NCBI GenBank assembly: GCA_013239625.1
Contig: MU054041.1
Coordinates: 62,001 to 126,000 of the forward strand
Reading direction: 5' to 3'
DNA length: 64,000 nucleotides
Source: Lama guanicoe
Lineage: Eukaryota
Made by a program: the position numbers and the translations under genes. The notes below the pieces were generated by a model. The model saw nothing but the letters and a program-made list of their open reading frames with translations, ran no database searches and was not told the DNA's origin. Of this stretch, positions 1 to 12,500 are shown piece by piece. How positions within the stretch are numbered: position 1 is the stretch's first letter; the number at the start of each line of letters is the position of its first letter.

Positions 1-1150
1 CTTTCTTTCTGTTCTGCAGTAGTGATTTCCACTAATCTGTCTTCTAGCTCATTGATTCATTCTTCTGCTTCATTTAGTCTCTTCTCGGTTCCATCTAGTG
101 TGTTACTCATTTCAGTTTTATTCAGCTCAGTTTGAGTATGCTTTATATTTTCCAACTCTTTGCTAAAAACTTCACTCTGTGCATCTATGCTCCTCTTGAG
201 TCTCTGGACATCTTCACCAACATTATTCTAAACTCTTTCTTGGATAAATTACCTATCTCTTCATCACTTCTTCTTCTGGGATTTTATCTTGCACCTTGGC
301 CTGGGAGATTTTCCTCTGCTGCCTCATACTGTCTATCTTTCTATTTGTAGTTTTCCGTAGGTTAGTTAAATTTCTCAACCTTGGAGAAGTGGCCCTCTGT
401 GGGAGACGTCCTATGCAGCCCAGCAGTGCTCTCCTCATGACATCCAAGGTCCAGGGTCTAGCCAGTCCCAGTGTACAGTCTGGCCTGTGTGTGTAGACTC
501 CTTGCACAGGCTTTGGGATTGTTGTTTTCTTATTTCTGGTATCTGCCTCCTGGTGGATGAGGCTGGTCTAGAGGCTTATGCATGTTTCCTGGCAGGAGGA
601 GCTGGTGCTTGCTCACTGCTTGGTGAATCTTGGTCCTGAAGCCCTGGTGGGTGTCTAGATATGTTTGTGGCTCAGGAAGTGTGCTGATGAGTGGAGCTGT
701 GTTCCCACCCTGCGTGTTGTTTGGCCTGAGGCTTCCCTACAGGCTGTTGGGTGGGGACAGATCTTGGTACTAATAATCCAATCAAGATGTCAGCCTCCAG
801 GAAAGCTCATGTAGATGAACACTCCCAGAATGTCCTCAACAAGTTTTATGTCTCCTGGTCTCCTCTATGTCTGAGCCTGGTGTGGGGCTCAGAACTCTCA
901 CTCCTGTGGAAGGGCCTCTGTGACTTAGTCTTCAGCTTGTGGGTTGCCCAGCCAGGGGGTTTAGGGCCTGATTATATCGTGAGCATGCGCCTCCTACCAT
1001 GTTCTCTCTTTATGTTTCTAGTTGAAGATCTTTTTTGCTAGGTTCCAGTCTTTTTTTTTTTTGATGGTTGTTTAGCACTCAGTTATGGTTTTGCTGTAGT
1101 CACGAGGAGAGGCGAGCTTGTGGTCCTATTACTCTGACATCTTGACCAGA
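1..1150 (-). mobile_element. LINE-1 5' UTR and start of ORF1, decayed; the element continues off the left edge
   Basis: The reverse complement begins GGTCAAGATGTCAGAGTAATAGGA, like the L1 5'-terminal AAGATGGCGGAGTAG motif. A GC-richer UTR follows, then antisense ORF1-like sequence. Confidence 0.8.
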
Positions 1151-1461
1151 AAATTTATAGCACATTTAATGTGTGAAGTTCTGTGCCTGAAGCTTTCGAT
1201 AGGTTACTTTGTAACATGTCACCAATACTTACACATAGCTTGAAGTAACATAATCTCTTATATTGTGTTTCCTAGAAAAAAACAACATGGATGTAATTTT
1301 TATATATTTGTAGACAAGTATTTCTTCAGAAAATGATAATGTAATTTAAGTAGTCATGTGAATCCATCACCAAATGCAAAAAAGGAATGTATTTTGTTTT
1401 TGATTATTTAGTATATCTCTCTCAATAACTGTTCTTTGTATGTAAAGTGTTTAAAACTCAC

Positions 1462-1625
1462 TGAAGGTTAAAAGTATGCTGCCATTTCTTTTTACTCATA
1501 TGCTCTTTTGCTACATAAGAAATAAGGAGAGGACCACAGAAGCTAATATTGAACTGTAACTTCCTGTGGTAAGTTCCTCTAGACATACTGTAACTGGTGA
1601 ACCACAAAGAATTATTTCCACTAGC
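1462..1625 (-). other. Candidate internal exon (164 nt) of an unidentified transcript
   Basis: Acceptor atccttatttttcag|G, donor TCA|gtgagt, and one frame open throughout. No homolog recognised. Confidence 0.25.
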
Positions 1626-2316
1626 CTGAAAAATAAGGATTTGCTTCAACAGATCCCTGAGGTATTTTAACTCTATTTATTATATTTAATATTATTGTTA
1701 TTATTTTTAGTATAGGTACACAATACCCAGTAAATACATGAGGCTATTTTAAGAGAACCATAACATTATAGGGGTTAGGCAGAAGTACATAAAATAGGAA
1801 TATGTCAGGAAGAATGCTTCTATGAAGGGAATAGTGTCTCTTTATATGGATTCATTAAGTTGCATTCAGTAAAGTTCAATGTTGACAGTGGTTTAAAGGA
1901 GTTCCCAATATAGAAGCTGTATCCTTGTAAAATCTGTGTATAACTGTTATTGTAAACAACCAGGACTTAGGAGCAGTAATCAGAAAAAAGAATTGTGTTT
2001 TTGCTTCCACTGTTCCTTTAACCCACTCATTCATCTCGTTTTATCTTTGCCTCAAGTGATATTAAGAGCAGTCCTTAAGACTTTTCTGATCTCATTTATT
2101 TAAAAAAACAAACAAGCAAAGAAAACAAACAAATCTGTTTTAAGTTCCAAAGTACAGTCTATGTTAAGTACGTATTAAGTCCAGAGCAATACTAATAATC
2201 GAAACTACAAAGTTAATTTAAGAGTAAGTTTCTCCCTCCCTCCAGCTCCACTCATCTGTAGGTTGGTACCTGGAGCAGATAGGGTAACATTCTTCACCTT
2301 CCTAAGGGGTACACAG

Positions 2317-2538
2317 GTTTCAGACTGCTGACCCCTTTCTGTGTCCTCACATGGTCGAAGGGGCTAGGGAGCTCTGTTGTGTCTCTTGTATAAGGGTATG
2401 AATCCTATTCATGAGGGTTCCACTCTCATGACCTTTGAGAGGGCACCTCTCAAAGACCCCTAACTCCTAATACCATCAGGGTTGAAGATTATGACTTCAA
2501 CATATGAATTTGTGCAGGACACACTCAGACCATAGCAC
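2317..2538 (-). mobile_element. MaLR solo LTR fragment, MLT1A-like
   Basis: Ends in caacatatgaattt...cagaccatagca, the reverse complement of the MLT1A 5' end. The internal ctaataccatc and catgagggt motifs are present. Confidence 0.85.
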
Positions 2539-2540
2539 CA

Positions 2541-2618
2541 TGTTAAGCCATGTGAAGTTGCCAATATACAAATGCTTTTAACTTACAAAATGGCAACTTC
2601 ATATGGTTCATCCTCATA
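2541..2618. mobile_element. MADE2-like mariner MITE (about 80 bp)
   Basis: Inverted arms ccatgtgaagttgcca ... tggcaacttcatatgg match the MADE2 palindromic structure. Confidence 0.8.
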
Positions 2619-3096
2619 TATATTTAATGGTCATGGTCAATTAACTTTTCTATCTACATATCCACTAGACTAAATCCTACTTGAAGGCTTGGTCATTGTC
2701 TCATTTGTCTTTCTATATCTGGCACTTACAAAAAGTGCCCAAAGAGATTAGCTATGTAACAGAAAAATTAATGAAGGCATATCTTCTACCAAATGTTTAA
2801 CAGCAACTTAGCATTTGGCTACTTTTTCTTTCTAAAAATAAATATAGTGAATAGCTATTTGTGCACAAGGATGTTGATTCAAATACTATTTTATAACAAT
2901 AGTGAAAATGGAAACAATGTAAGTATACTGCATTATATACAGGGTAGTGGTTAAGTGACTCTTGATACTTTAAGAAGTGAAATTTGTGATCTTGAAAATT
3001 ATATAAAAAGTTTCTGTTGAGGGACAGAAATGGCTATGATATTATCTTAAGTGGACAATCAGGGTGAAAATATTCTATATATAGTATCATACTCCC

Positions 3097-4800
3097 TATT
3101 TTTTACTGAAGTATAGTTGATTTATAATACTATATTAGTTTCAGGTGTGATTCAGTTACTTTTTTTTCAGATTATATCCCATTACAGTTTATTACAAGAT
3201 ATTGAATATAATTTCTTGTGCTATACAGTGAATCCTTATTGCTTATTTATTTTATGTATAGTAGTTTGTATCCATTAATCCCATACTCCTAATCTGTCCC
3301 TCCCTCCCTTCCTCTCCCCTTTGGTAACCATAAGTTTGTTTTTTATGCCTGTGAGTCTGTTTTTGTTTTGTATATAGATTCATTTGTATTATTTTTTAGA
3401 TTCCACATGTAAGTGACATCATATACTATTTGACTTTCTCTGTCTTACTTCACTAAGTATAATATTCTCTAGGTCCATGTTGCTGCAAATGGCAGTATTT
3501 CATTTTTAATGGCTGACTAATATTCTGTTATATACCACATCTTCTTAAGCCAATTGTCTTGTTAATGGGCACTTGGGTTGTATCCATGTCTTGGATATTG
3601 TAAATAATGCTGCTGTGAACATTGGGGTGCAGGTGTGTTTTTGAATTAGCATTTAAGTTTGATTGCCCCTTTGTTTATTTTTGCTTTTATTTCTTTGCCT
3701 AAGAAGGTTGATCTAAGAAAATACTGCTACAATTTATGTCAGAGAATGTTTTACCTATGATCTCTTCTAGGAATTTTATGTTGTCACATCTTTAGGTTCT
3801 TTGAACCCTTTTGAGGTTTTTTTTGTGTATGGTGTGAGGGAGTGTTCTAACTTCATTGATTTATATGTAGTTGTCCAGCTTTCCCAACACCTCATGCTGA
3901 AGAGACTGTCTTTCCTCCATTGTATATTCTTGACTTCTTTGTTGTAGATTAACTGACTGTAGATGCATGGGTTTATTTCTGGGCTCCCTATTCTGTTCCA
4001 GCTGTCTATATGTCTGATTTTATGCCAACACTATGCTGTTTTGTTTACTGTAGCTTTGTAGCATTGTCTGAAGTCTGGAAGGGTTATGCCTCCCTTTGTT
4101 ATTTTTCCTCTGGAATGCTTTGGCAATTCTAAGTCTTTTGTGGTTTCATATAAATTTTAGGATATTTGTTCTAGTTCTGTGAAAAAGCATGATGGACATT
4201 TTGATAGGGGTTGCATTTAATCTATATATTGCTATGGGTAGTATGGCCACTTTAACAATATTAATTCTTCTAGTCCAAGAGCATGGGATATCTTTTCACT
4301 TCTTTGAGTGAAAGATCATCATCTTCACTTTCCTTTATCAATGTTTCATAGGTTTCATGTATAGATCTTTCAATTCCTTGGTTAAGCTTATTCTTAGCCT
4401 TTTTTTTTTTTTTGGACATGACTTGTAAAGATTTTTGTTTGTTACTTTCTGATATTTTTGTTATTAGTGTAAAGAAACGGCAACAGTTTTTTTTTTAATA
4501 TTAATCTTGTATCCTGCTACCTTGCTGACTTCATTTATTAGTTATAATAGTTTTTGTGTGGAGAATTTAAGGTTCTCTGTATAGAGTATCATGGTATCTG
4601 CAAATAGTGACAGTTTTAACTCCTCCTTTCCAATTTGGATACCTTTTATCTCTTTCTCTTGTCTGAATGCTGTGGCTAGGACTTCCAACACTATGTTGAA
4701 TAGAAATGGTGAGAGTGGTCATCCTTCTCTTGTTCCTGAATCGGGCACAAACGCTTTCAGCTTTTCACCACTGAGTATTATGATGGCTGTGGGCTTGTGC
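3097..4800 (-). mobile_element. LINE-1 3' UTR plus 3' part of ORF2, cetartiodactyl/camelid type, with an internal deletion near 3650
   Basis: Starts ttttactgaagtatagttgatttataat (antisense 3' end). The antisense ORF2 frame [14 protein letters not shown]...[16 protein letters not shown] is at 4591-4836. Confidence 0.92.
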
Positions 4801-4825
4801 TTCTTTTGTTTCTGCTATGCCATGT

Positions 4826-6002
4826 GTGTGGTTTAAAACATTTAACATGGTATGAACCTCCGTAACAATTTCTGAAGTGCAAAATACTGTATTTCCAATT
4901 ATAGGCATCATATTGTACAAAAGATTTCTATAACCGATTCATCTTGCATGACTGGAACTTTATGTATATTGAAAACAACTCCCCATTTTTCCTTTCCCCT
5001 AGCTCGTGACAGTAACTATCACTTTCTCTGCTTCCTTAACTTTGATGATTAGATAGTTTGTGTAAATGAAATCATGTAATATCTGTCCTTCTGTGACTAG
5101 CTTTTTTCACAATATCCTCCAGGCTCCTTTTTAAGGCTGAAAAAATTTCATTGTATGTATATGCTGTGTTCTCTTTACCCATTCATCCACTGATGCATAT
5201 TTAGGTTGCTTAGGAATTATGAATAATGCTGCAATGAAAATGGAGTGCAGGTATCTCTTCACAATCTTAATTTCAATTCTTTTGGATTATATACCTAGAA
5301 GTGGGACTGCCAGATCATATGTTAACTCTATTTTTAAATTTTTTGAAGAACTCCCCCACCCCATACTGCTTTCCATAGTGGCTTTACCATTTTACATTCC
5401 CACCAACAGTGCAGAAGAATCTCAATTTCTCCACATCCTTGCCAATATTTTTTTTAAAATAGTCATTCTAATAAGTTATATATCATATTTCCTTGTAATT
5501 TTGATTTGCATTTTCCTGACAATTAATGATGTTAAGCGCCTTTTCATATACCTGTTGGCAATTTGTGTTTCTTTAGAGAATCGTATGTTCAAGTTGTTTG
5601 CCCATTTTTAATTGAGTTGTTTATTTGCCATTAAGTTGTAAGAGTTACTTATTAACCCCTTACCATACATATGGTTTGCAAATACCTTCCCCCATTCTAT
5701 GGTTGCCTTTGTCATTCTGTTGGTTGTTTCCTTTGTTGTGCAGCTCTCTAGTTTGAGGGAGTCCCCCTTGTCTGTTTCACTTTTGTTGGCTCTGCTTTTG
5801 GTGTCGTATCCATGAAATCATTGCCAAGATCAGTCTCTTTCCCCCTGTATTTTCTTCTAGTATTAGTGCTATCTCTTAATTTTTATGTCTTTAATTCATG
5901 TTTAGTTTATTTTTGTGTATGGTGTAAGGTGGGTTGAATTTCATCTTTTTGCATGTTGATATCACTTTCTCATTTGTTGAAGAGACTGTCCTTTCCCCAT
6001 TT
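4826..6002 (-). mobile_element. Older LINE-1 (L1MA-like) 3' UTR and ORF2 end
   Basis: L1MA-type antisense 3' UTR. The typical antisense-L1 frames (MNNAAM...FYIPTNSA) end at gaagagactgtcctttccccat. Confidence 0.88.
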
Positions 6003-6400
6003 TGTATCAAAAGAATCTCAACCTAATAAAAGCTATACATGTAGCAGTCTTACAGCTAATATTATACTCAACAGAGAAAAGCTAAAAGCTTTTCTTCCAA
6101 AATCAGGGAAAACAAGTATAGCCACTCCTACCACCTCTATTCAATGTAACACTTGATATCCTTGCCAGAGCATTTAGATAAGAAAAAATAAGTAAAAGAA
6201 GTCCAAACTGGAAAGGAAAAAGTCAAATGGTATCTTTTTGCAAATGACATGATCTTATATTTAGAAACCCTTAAATAATACAGACACACACACACACCTG
6301 TTAGAACCAATAAACAAATTCACTGAAGTCGGAGGATAAAAAAAAAATCAACATACAAAAGTAAGTTATGTTTCTCTACACTAAAAACAAACCAATCCAA
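6003..6400 (+). mobile_element. LINE-1 ORF2 RT-region fragment, inverted relative to the adjoining L1
   Basis: The translation contains TANIILNREKLKAFLPKSG, an L1 ORF2 motif. gcaaatgacatgatcttatat is a decayed ADDMILY. Confidence 0.88.
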
Positions 6401-6402
6401 GG

Positions 6403-6712
6403 AGGTGGGGCTATTTTAAGCAGAAAAATCATCAACAAAAAAAAAAAACCAGCAAAAATGTGAAACGTATGGTGCTATTAGAATGAAAAAGACATGTTTA
6501 CAATATAAGAGCTAAAAGGAAAAGGCAGAGCATTGCCATGTTTTACCATAGCTGGGAAAGTATACATCACGGAATTCAAATTTTGTGATGCTCTGCACAT
6601 ATCTGCAAATGACCTTGAAAGAGCTGGGAGTATTGACTTTAGCGTTGCAGATAAATTTTAGTTAGCAGGCAAATTATCAATATAGATTGTTCAAATAATG
6701 AAGAGCAACTGT
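6403..6712 (-). mobile_element. MER82-like Tigger DNA transposon, partial
   Basis: The reverse complement starts CAGTTGCTCTTCATTATT and continues ...CTAAAATTTAT...TCAATACTC...CCCAGCT...GCTCTGCCTT, as in MER82. A TA follows the terminus. Confidence 0.8.
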
Positions 6713-8839
6713 ATATATGATCAAATATACATATATTATTTCTACTAACAAGAATGCTAACAAGTCAGAATAAGATTTAAATACTGTTTGAAAATCTTCC
6801 TTCCTAGATCTCATAAGTAGACATTTTCAAAATAATTCTGTCCGTCTACTTTTTTAAAAGAAAATAGAGTACTGTTACCTTAAACAACAGTCCTTCTTGA
6901 GTATTAGATGGAAAAGTAGTTAACTGTAGAATAGTGTAATATCATGTGGGATAGAATGTCAGTGTTTAGACATTTAGAAAACAGTAATTACTGCCTGACA
7001 ATGTTGCTTTTATATTTTTAACTAACATTTTAAATATTCCAATCCAAGCTGTGTACAACACAAATTCACAGTCTGATGATTGATTTGGAGCCTTTAAAAG
7101 TTTTTTTAAAAAAGCATGATGCAATTTGAACCAAATTTAATAAAGCAGAATTTTCTTCCAAGTGCAGAATGTTTGAAAATTGCTCACAGTGCCCATAAAA
7201 CAGCTGGCAAGCCTGTTGAGTGAATTTGTTTGTTTTTTTTTTCAGGCAGTTCAATATATTTCTAAAGACAAAACAAAACAAAGGGAAGCAACAGCTACAT
7301 CATAACACAAGCCATTGATTCAATTATATCAAAATATGTATTATTACACCGAAAATACAATAATGAATCTAAGCCATGAATATTTAATATGGATTTTAAA
7401 TTATGAGCTGAGTTTTTACATCATTTTGTGTGATACTTTTTACTCTGTTCTGTGTGAACTTTCTGCTCTATTCTCTCACCTCATTGGCCTACGTCTTATC
7501 ACATGACTAATTAACATATCATAAGTATAATCTAATTTTTTATCTTACCCTCTGTTGCTCTCTAAAACTCAGCATGGATTGAATGGATTGAATGGGCTTA
7601 GCAGTGAACAAAAGTCTTGATTTTACAGTCAAGATTTTTCTTAAAATGCATTCTTACACATGTAAATTATTATTCAAAAAGATTGCTACATAAGCCTTGA
7701 TTGATCTCATTCCCGAGTTTTTGTATTACAAGAACTGACTTATTAGACACTCTGAATAGCATAAATCATGAATAATTGATTTATTTTAATATTAAACATA
7801 AAAATTCCAGTATACATAGAAATACTATTGCAAGAAGAACTATTTGACACCCCTTCTTACTAAAAGCAGGCCTTACGAATTCCATCTGCTAAATGTTATA
7901 AGTGATTTGCTGAACCATTACATTTGTGTATTATTTCCTTAACTACCCAAATCAGTATTTCATGAGCACTATTTTTCTTCAATATTTATCCTTCTAATGA
8001 TTTAATTAAAGTTTGATTTCAAAACAGTTCATTTTAGAAATGTTTTTAGAATATATTTTTTGAAATATATCTGTATGTAGTAAGCAAGAATCTCTTTAAA
8101 AGGGGCCAAGAAACATATACATGACTTGCATAGCCTGTCTTAGTCATTAGCATACATGTATATGGCAAATGTAGTATAAGCAAATGTGGTATTTCACCAG
8201 TAATTAAGAGAAAGCGGAAGCATATTCATCATTTGTATAGGGAATAGTTTGTATTGCCTGAAAAATCTTACTGAAGTTTCTGATTGCAGAAAGCCAGGGA
8301 ATAGTGTATGATGGTGTGACATTTGATGTACAATATGATCACTAAAATTTGAGACACAGCAAGAATATTCAAAGGTTGCATAAAAGTCTTCCATAGGTAT
8401 ATTCTTTGGGAAGTAGAACGTCTCTGAAAAGTTGAAGACTATTTCAAAACGAGCTTCTTTCAGAAAACTCAAAATTTTCACCAGCAAGTGATAACTAAAG
8501 CAAAGCAGCTATCTAATAATTTTTAAGCAAGTTCCATCACCATACAAAAAGGGCGATAAGTCAGATATGTAAACAACAGTACACTTTAAAGGTACAGTTA
8601 TATAAAGCAGCAGGAAAGTTTTGCTTCCTATATATGAAAGCAAACTTACTAATTATAACCAATAAGGACATACTGCAGTGCAGTACAATTCTAAATTCTG
8701 AATTTCCCTCCAAAACATGAATTAGTTTTTACAGATATTGAAATAACAGAATTTTTATTCTTTAAATTCCAACTTTAGATCAGTATTTTTAGTCAGTTTA
8801 TTTTGAGTTTAGTTTCCAAAATCTATTTTGATTTTTCCA

Positions 8840-9495
8840 GATCAAAATCACAATGAGATACGACTTCATTATTTGTTAGGGCAACTGTAAAAATCTTTAA
8901 AAAGATAAATTTCTCTACATCCTCTGCAATAACCGTTAACACATACATCCTGTTAGTGGAAATGTAAAATGGTGCAACCACTATGGAAAATAATATGAAA
9001 GTTCCTCAAAAAATTAAAAATAGAACCATCATATGATCCAACAATCCCACTACTGGGTATATCCAAAATGACTAAAATCAGAATTGGACAAGTTCTCTGC
9101 ATTCCCATGTTCTTTGTACTATGATTCATTATTGAACACATGGAAGCAACATAAATGTTTATCAACAGATGAATGGAAAAAGAAGGGAAGCCTATAATTT
9201 GCAACAACTTAAATAAAACTGAAGGACATCATGTTAAGTAAAATAAGGCAGTCACAGAACTCCACTTATATGAGATAAGTAAAATAATTAAGCTCATAGA
9301 ATCAAACAGTAGAATGGTGGTTGCCAAGATCTGGGGGAAATGGGAAGTTGTTAACCAAAGTTCCAGTTACACAGAATGAATATGTTCTAGAGATTTGCTG
9401 TACAGCATATTGCCTATATTTAAAAATACTGAATTGTACACTTGAAAATTAATCAGAATAGACCTCATGTTTAGTGTTCTTACAACAATAAAAAA
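8840..9495 (+). mobile_element. LINE-1 (L1MA9/10-like) 3' end
   Basis: gtaaaatggtgcaaccactatggaaaa, catatgatccaacaatcccactactggg, and a 3' UTR ending gtgttcttacaacaataaaaaa. Confidence 0.88.
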
Positions 9496-9682
9496 CACGG
9501 TATCTAAAAAATGCATTTACCACAAGTTTCCCTAAAGTTTTTCTATAAACATTTGATTACTAAAAATAATATCATTTTCAGCACTGTTACTCTTTTCAAT
9601 TCCTCGACCCATTTAAATCCCTATAAGGAGAATACTGACATGGGCTAAGACATAGAAATTTTATTCAACTTTGTAAATTTTA

Positions 9683-9747
9683 TCAGGGGAGGACTTTTGG
9701 AGTAAAAGTTGCTTCAGCTTTTTCATTTTCATCCCCGTTTCCAACAC
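9683..9747 (-). other. Candidate terminal coding exon of an unidentified minus-strand transcript
   Basis: Acceptor ttcttaatttttacag|G, frame (G)VGNGDENEKAEATFTPKVLP, then TGA TAA, and AATAAA at 9660-9665. No homolog recognised. Confidence 0.3.
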
Positions 9748-10213
9748 CTGTAAAAATTAAGAATGCCACTTTGCCTGAAATAAATTTCATACCATATCTT
9801 ACCCCTGGTTTTATGTTACCTATGAGGGGAAGAAAAAATGGCCTTTGATTTTTTATATAAGTCACTTTATATCTGCATTAAATCATATAATACAGCATGC
9901 AGTTAATCAGTGCTTTTTTCCCAGTACCCTTGAAAATATTTATTTTCAGTGTAGTTGAGAAATTCACATTAAAATGTTGACTGTCATGTATGGATAATAC
10001 AGATTGACAATGCATGTTCTAGTTAATAACCTAATACTTCAGAATTGTTCCATCTTTCACTTTTACATATATACACTGTAGTTCATAAGTTTAAGAAATT
10101 GCATTCTCTGAGAGTACATACATACAAGTACAGTTTAAAAGAATATACAAAGAGATAACAATTCTCATGAAAATTCAAAAAACGTTTGCAGTTTAAAATA
10201 TAATAGCAGTATC

Positions 10214-12500
10214 TGATAAAATTCAACACCCATTTATGATAAAAACTCCCACTAAAGTGGGTATAGAGGGAAAATATCTTAACATAATAAAAGCTATATA
10301 TGACAGACCTATAGCCAGCATAGTACTCAATGGTGAAAAACTCAAAAGCTTCCCACTAAAATCTGGGATAAGACAAGGCTGTCCACTATCACCACTCCTA
10401 AACATAGTCTTGGAAGTCCTAGCCACAGCAATCAGGCAAGAGAGATTAATAAAAGGGATCCAAATTGGAAAAGAAGAGGTAAAAGCATCACTATATGCAG
10501 ATGATATGATACTACATGTAGAAATCCCAGAAGGTCCACACAAAAACTACTAGAAATAATCAAAGAAGGTAGCAGGTTACAAGATTAACGTACAAAAATC
10601 AATTGCATTTCTTTACACTAACGTTAAATTCACAGAAAAAGAAAGTAAAGAAACAATCCCCTTTAAAATAGCACCCAAAGTAATAAAATACCTAGGAATA
10701 AATCTAACCAAAGAGGTGAAAGACTTATACATGGAAAACTATAAAACACTGATTAAGGAAATTAAAGAAGACTTTAAAAAATGGAAAGATATCCCATGCT
10801 CCTGGATTGGAAGAATCAACATACTGCCCAAGGCAATCTACAGATTTAATGCAATCCCTATCAAATTACCCAGGACATATTTCACAGAACTAGAACAAAT
10901 CATAATAAAAAAATCATAATTTATATGGAATCACAAAAGACCTAGAATTGCCAAAATATTACTGAAGAAAAAGAAAGAGGCTGGAGGAATAACCCTCCCA
11001 GACTTCAGATAATACTATCAAGCTACAGTAATCAAAACAGCATGGTATTGGTACAAAAACAGACATATGGACCAGTGGAACAGAATAGAGAGTCCAGAAA
11101 TGAACCAACCAACTTTTGGTCAACTAATCTTCGACAAAGGAGGTAAGAACATACAATGGAATAAAGACAGTCTCTTCAGCAAATGGTGTTGGGGAAACTG
11201 TACAGCAGCGTGTAAATCAATGAAGCTAGGACACTCCCTTACACCATACACAAAAATACTAAAAATAGATCAAAGACTTAAACATAAGACAAGATACAAT
11301 AAACCTCCTAGAAGAAAATATAGACAAAACAGTATCTCACATACATGTCAAAAATGTTCTCCTAGGGCAGTCTACCCAAGCAACAGAAATGAAAGCAAGA
11401 ATAAATAAATGGGACCTAATTAAACTTACAAGCTTCTGCAAAGCAAAGGAAACCATAAACAAAACGACAACATACAGATTGGGAGAAATTTTTTTGCAAA
11501 TGAAACCGACAAAGGCTTGATCTCCAGAGTATATAAGCAGCTCATACAACTTAAAAAGAAAACAACAAACAACCCAATCCAAAAATGGGCATAAGACCTA
11601 AACAAGTAATTCTCTAAGGAATAAATACAAATGATCAATAGGCACATGAAAAAAATGTTCAATATCACTAATTATCAGAGAAATGCAAATGAAAACTACA
11701 ATGAGGTATCACCTCACACCAGTCAGAATGGCCATCATTCAGAAGTCCACAAATGGCAAATGCTGGAGAGGCTGTGGAGAAAAGGGATCCCTCTGTTTGG
11801 TGCAGCCATTATGGAAAACACTATGGAGATTCCTCAAAAGACTAGAATAGACTTACCATATGACCCAGGAATCCCACTCCTGGGCATATATCCAGAAGGA
11901 AGCCTACTTCAAAAAGACACCTGCACCCCAGTGTTCATAGCAGCAGTATTTACAATAGCCAAGACATGGAAACAGCTTAAATGTCCATCGATGATGACTG
12001 GATAAAGAAGAGGTGGTATATTTATACAATGGAATACTATTCAGCCATAAAAAATGAGAACATAACACCATTTGCAGCAACATGGATGTTCCTGGAGAAT
12101 GTCATTCTAAGTGAAGTAAGCCAGAAAGAGAAAGAAAAATACCATATGAGATTGCTCATATGTGGAATGTAAATAAATATATAAATAAATAAAGACATAC
12201 ATACATACATACAAACAAAATAGAAACAGATTCATAGACATAGAATACAAACTTGTGGTTGCCAAAGGGGTGGGGGGATGGGAAGGGACAGACTGGGATT
12301 TCAAAATGTATAGATAAACAAGATTATACTGTATAGCACAGGGAAATACATACAAGATCTTGTGGTAGCTCACAGTGAAAAAAAAATTGTGAGAATGAAT
12401 ATGTGTATGTTCATGTATAACTGAAAAATTGTGCTCTACACTGAGGTTTGACACAACATTGTAAAATGAGTATAACTCAAAAAAGTGTTAAAACCAGAAA
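10214..12500 (+). mobile_element. 5'-truncated, relatively young camelid-type LINE-1 (ORF2 RT to C-terminus plus 3' UTR), disrupted by frameshifts and stops
   Basis: ORF2 peptides [36 protein letters not shown] and KYHMRLLICGM. Diverged TSD aaaatataatagcagtatc (10195-10213) vs acaatacaatagcaatacc (12502-12520) at a TTT/AAAA endonuclease site. Confidence 0.97.

Noticed and set aside
132..1041. Four short ORFs
   Set aside because: All lie within the decayed L1 5' UTR/ORF1.
8194..8487. 97-aa minus-strand ORF in unique DNA
   Set aside because: It has a non-ATG start, no convincing splice boundaries and no recognisable homology.
10236..12172. Several ORFs with reverse-transcriptase motifs
   Set aside because: These are broken pieces of one 5'-truncated L1 ORF2, not an intact gene or a novel RT system.
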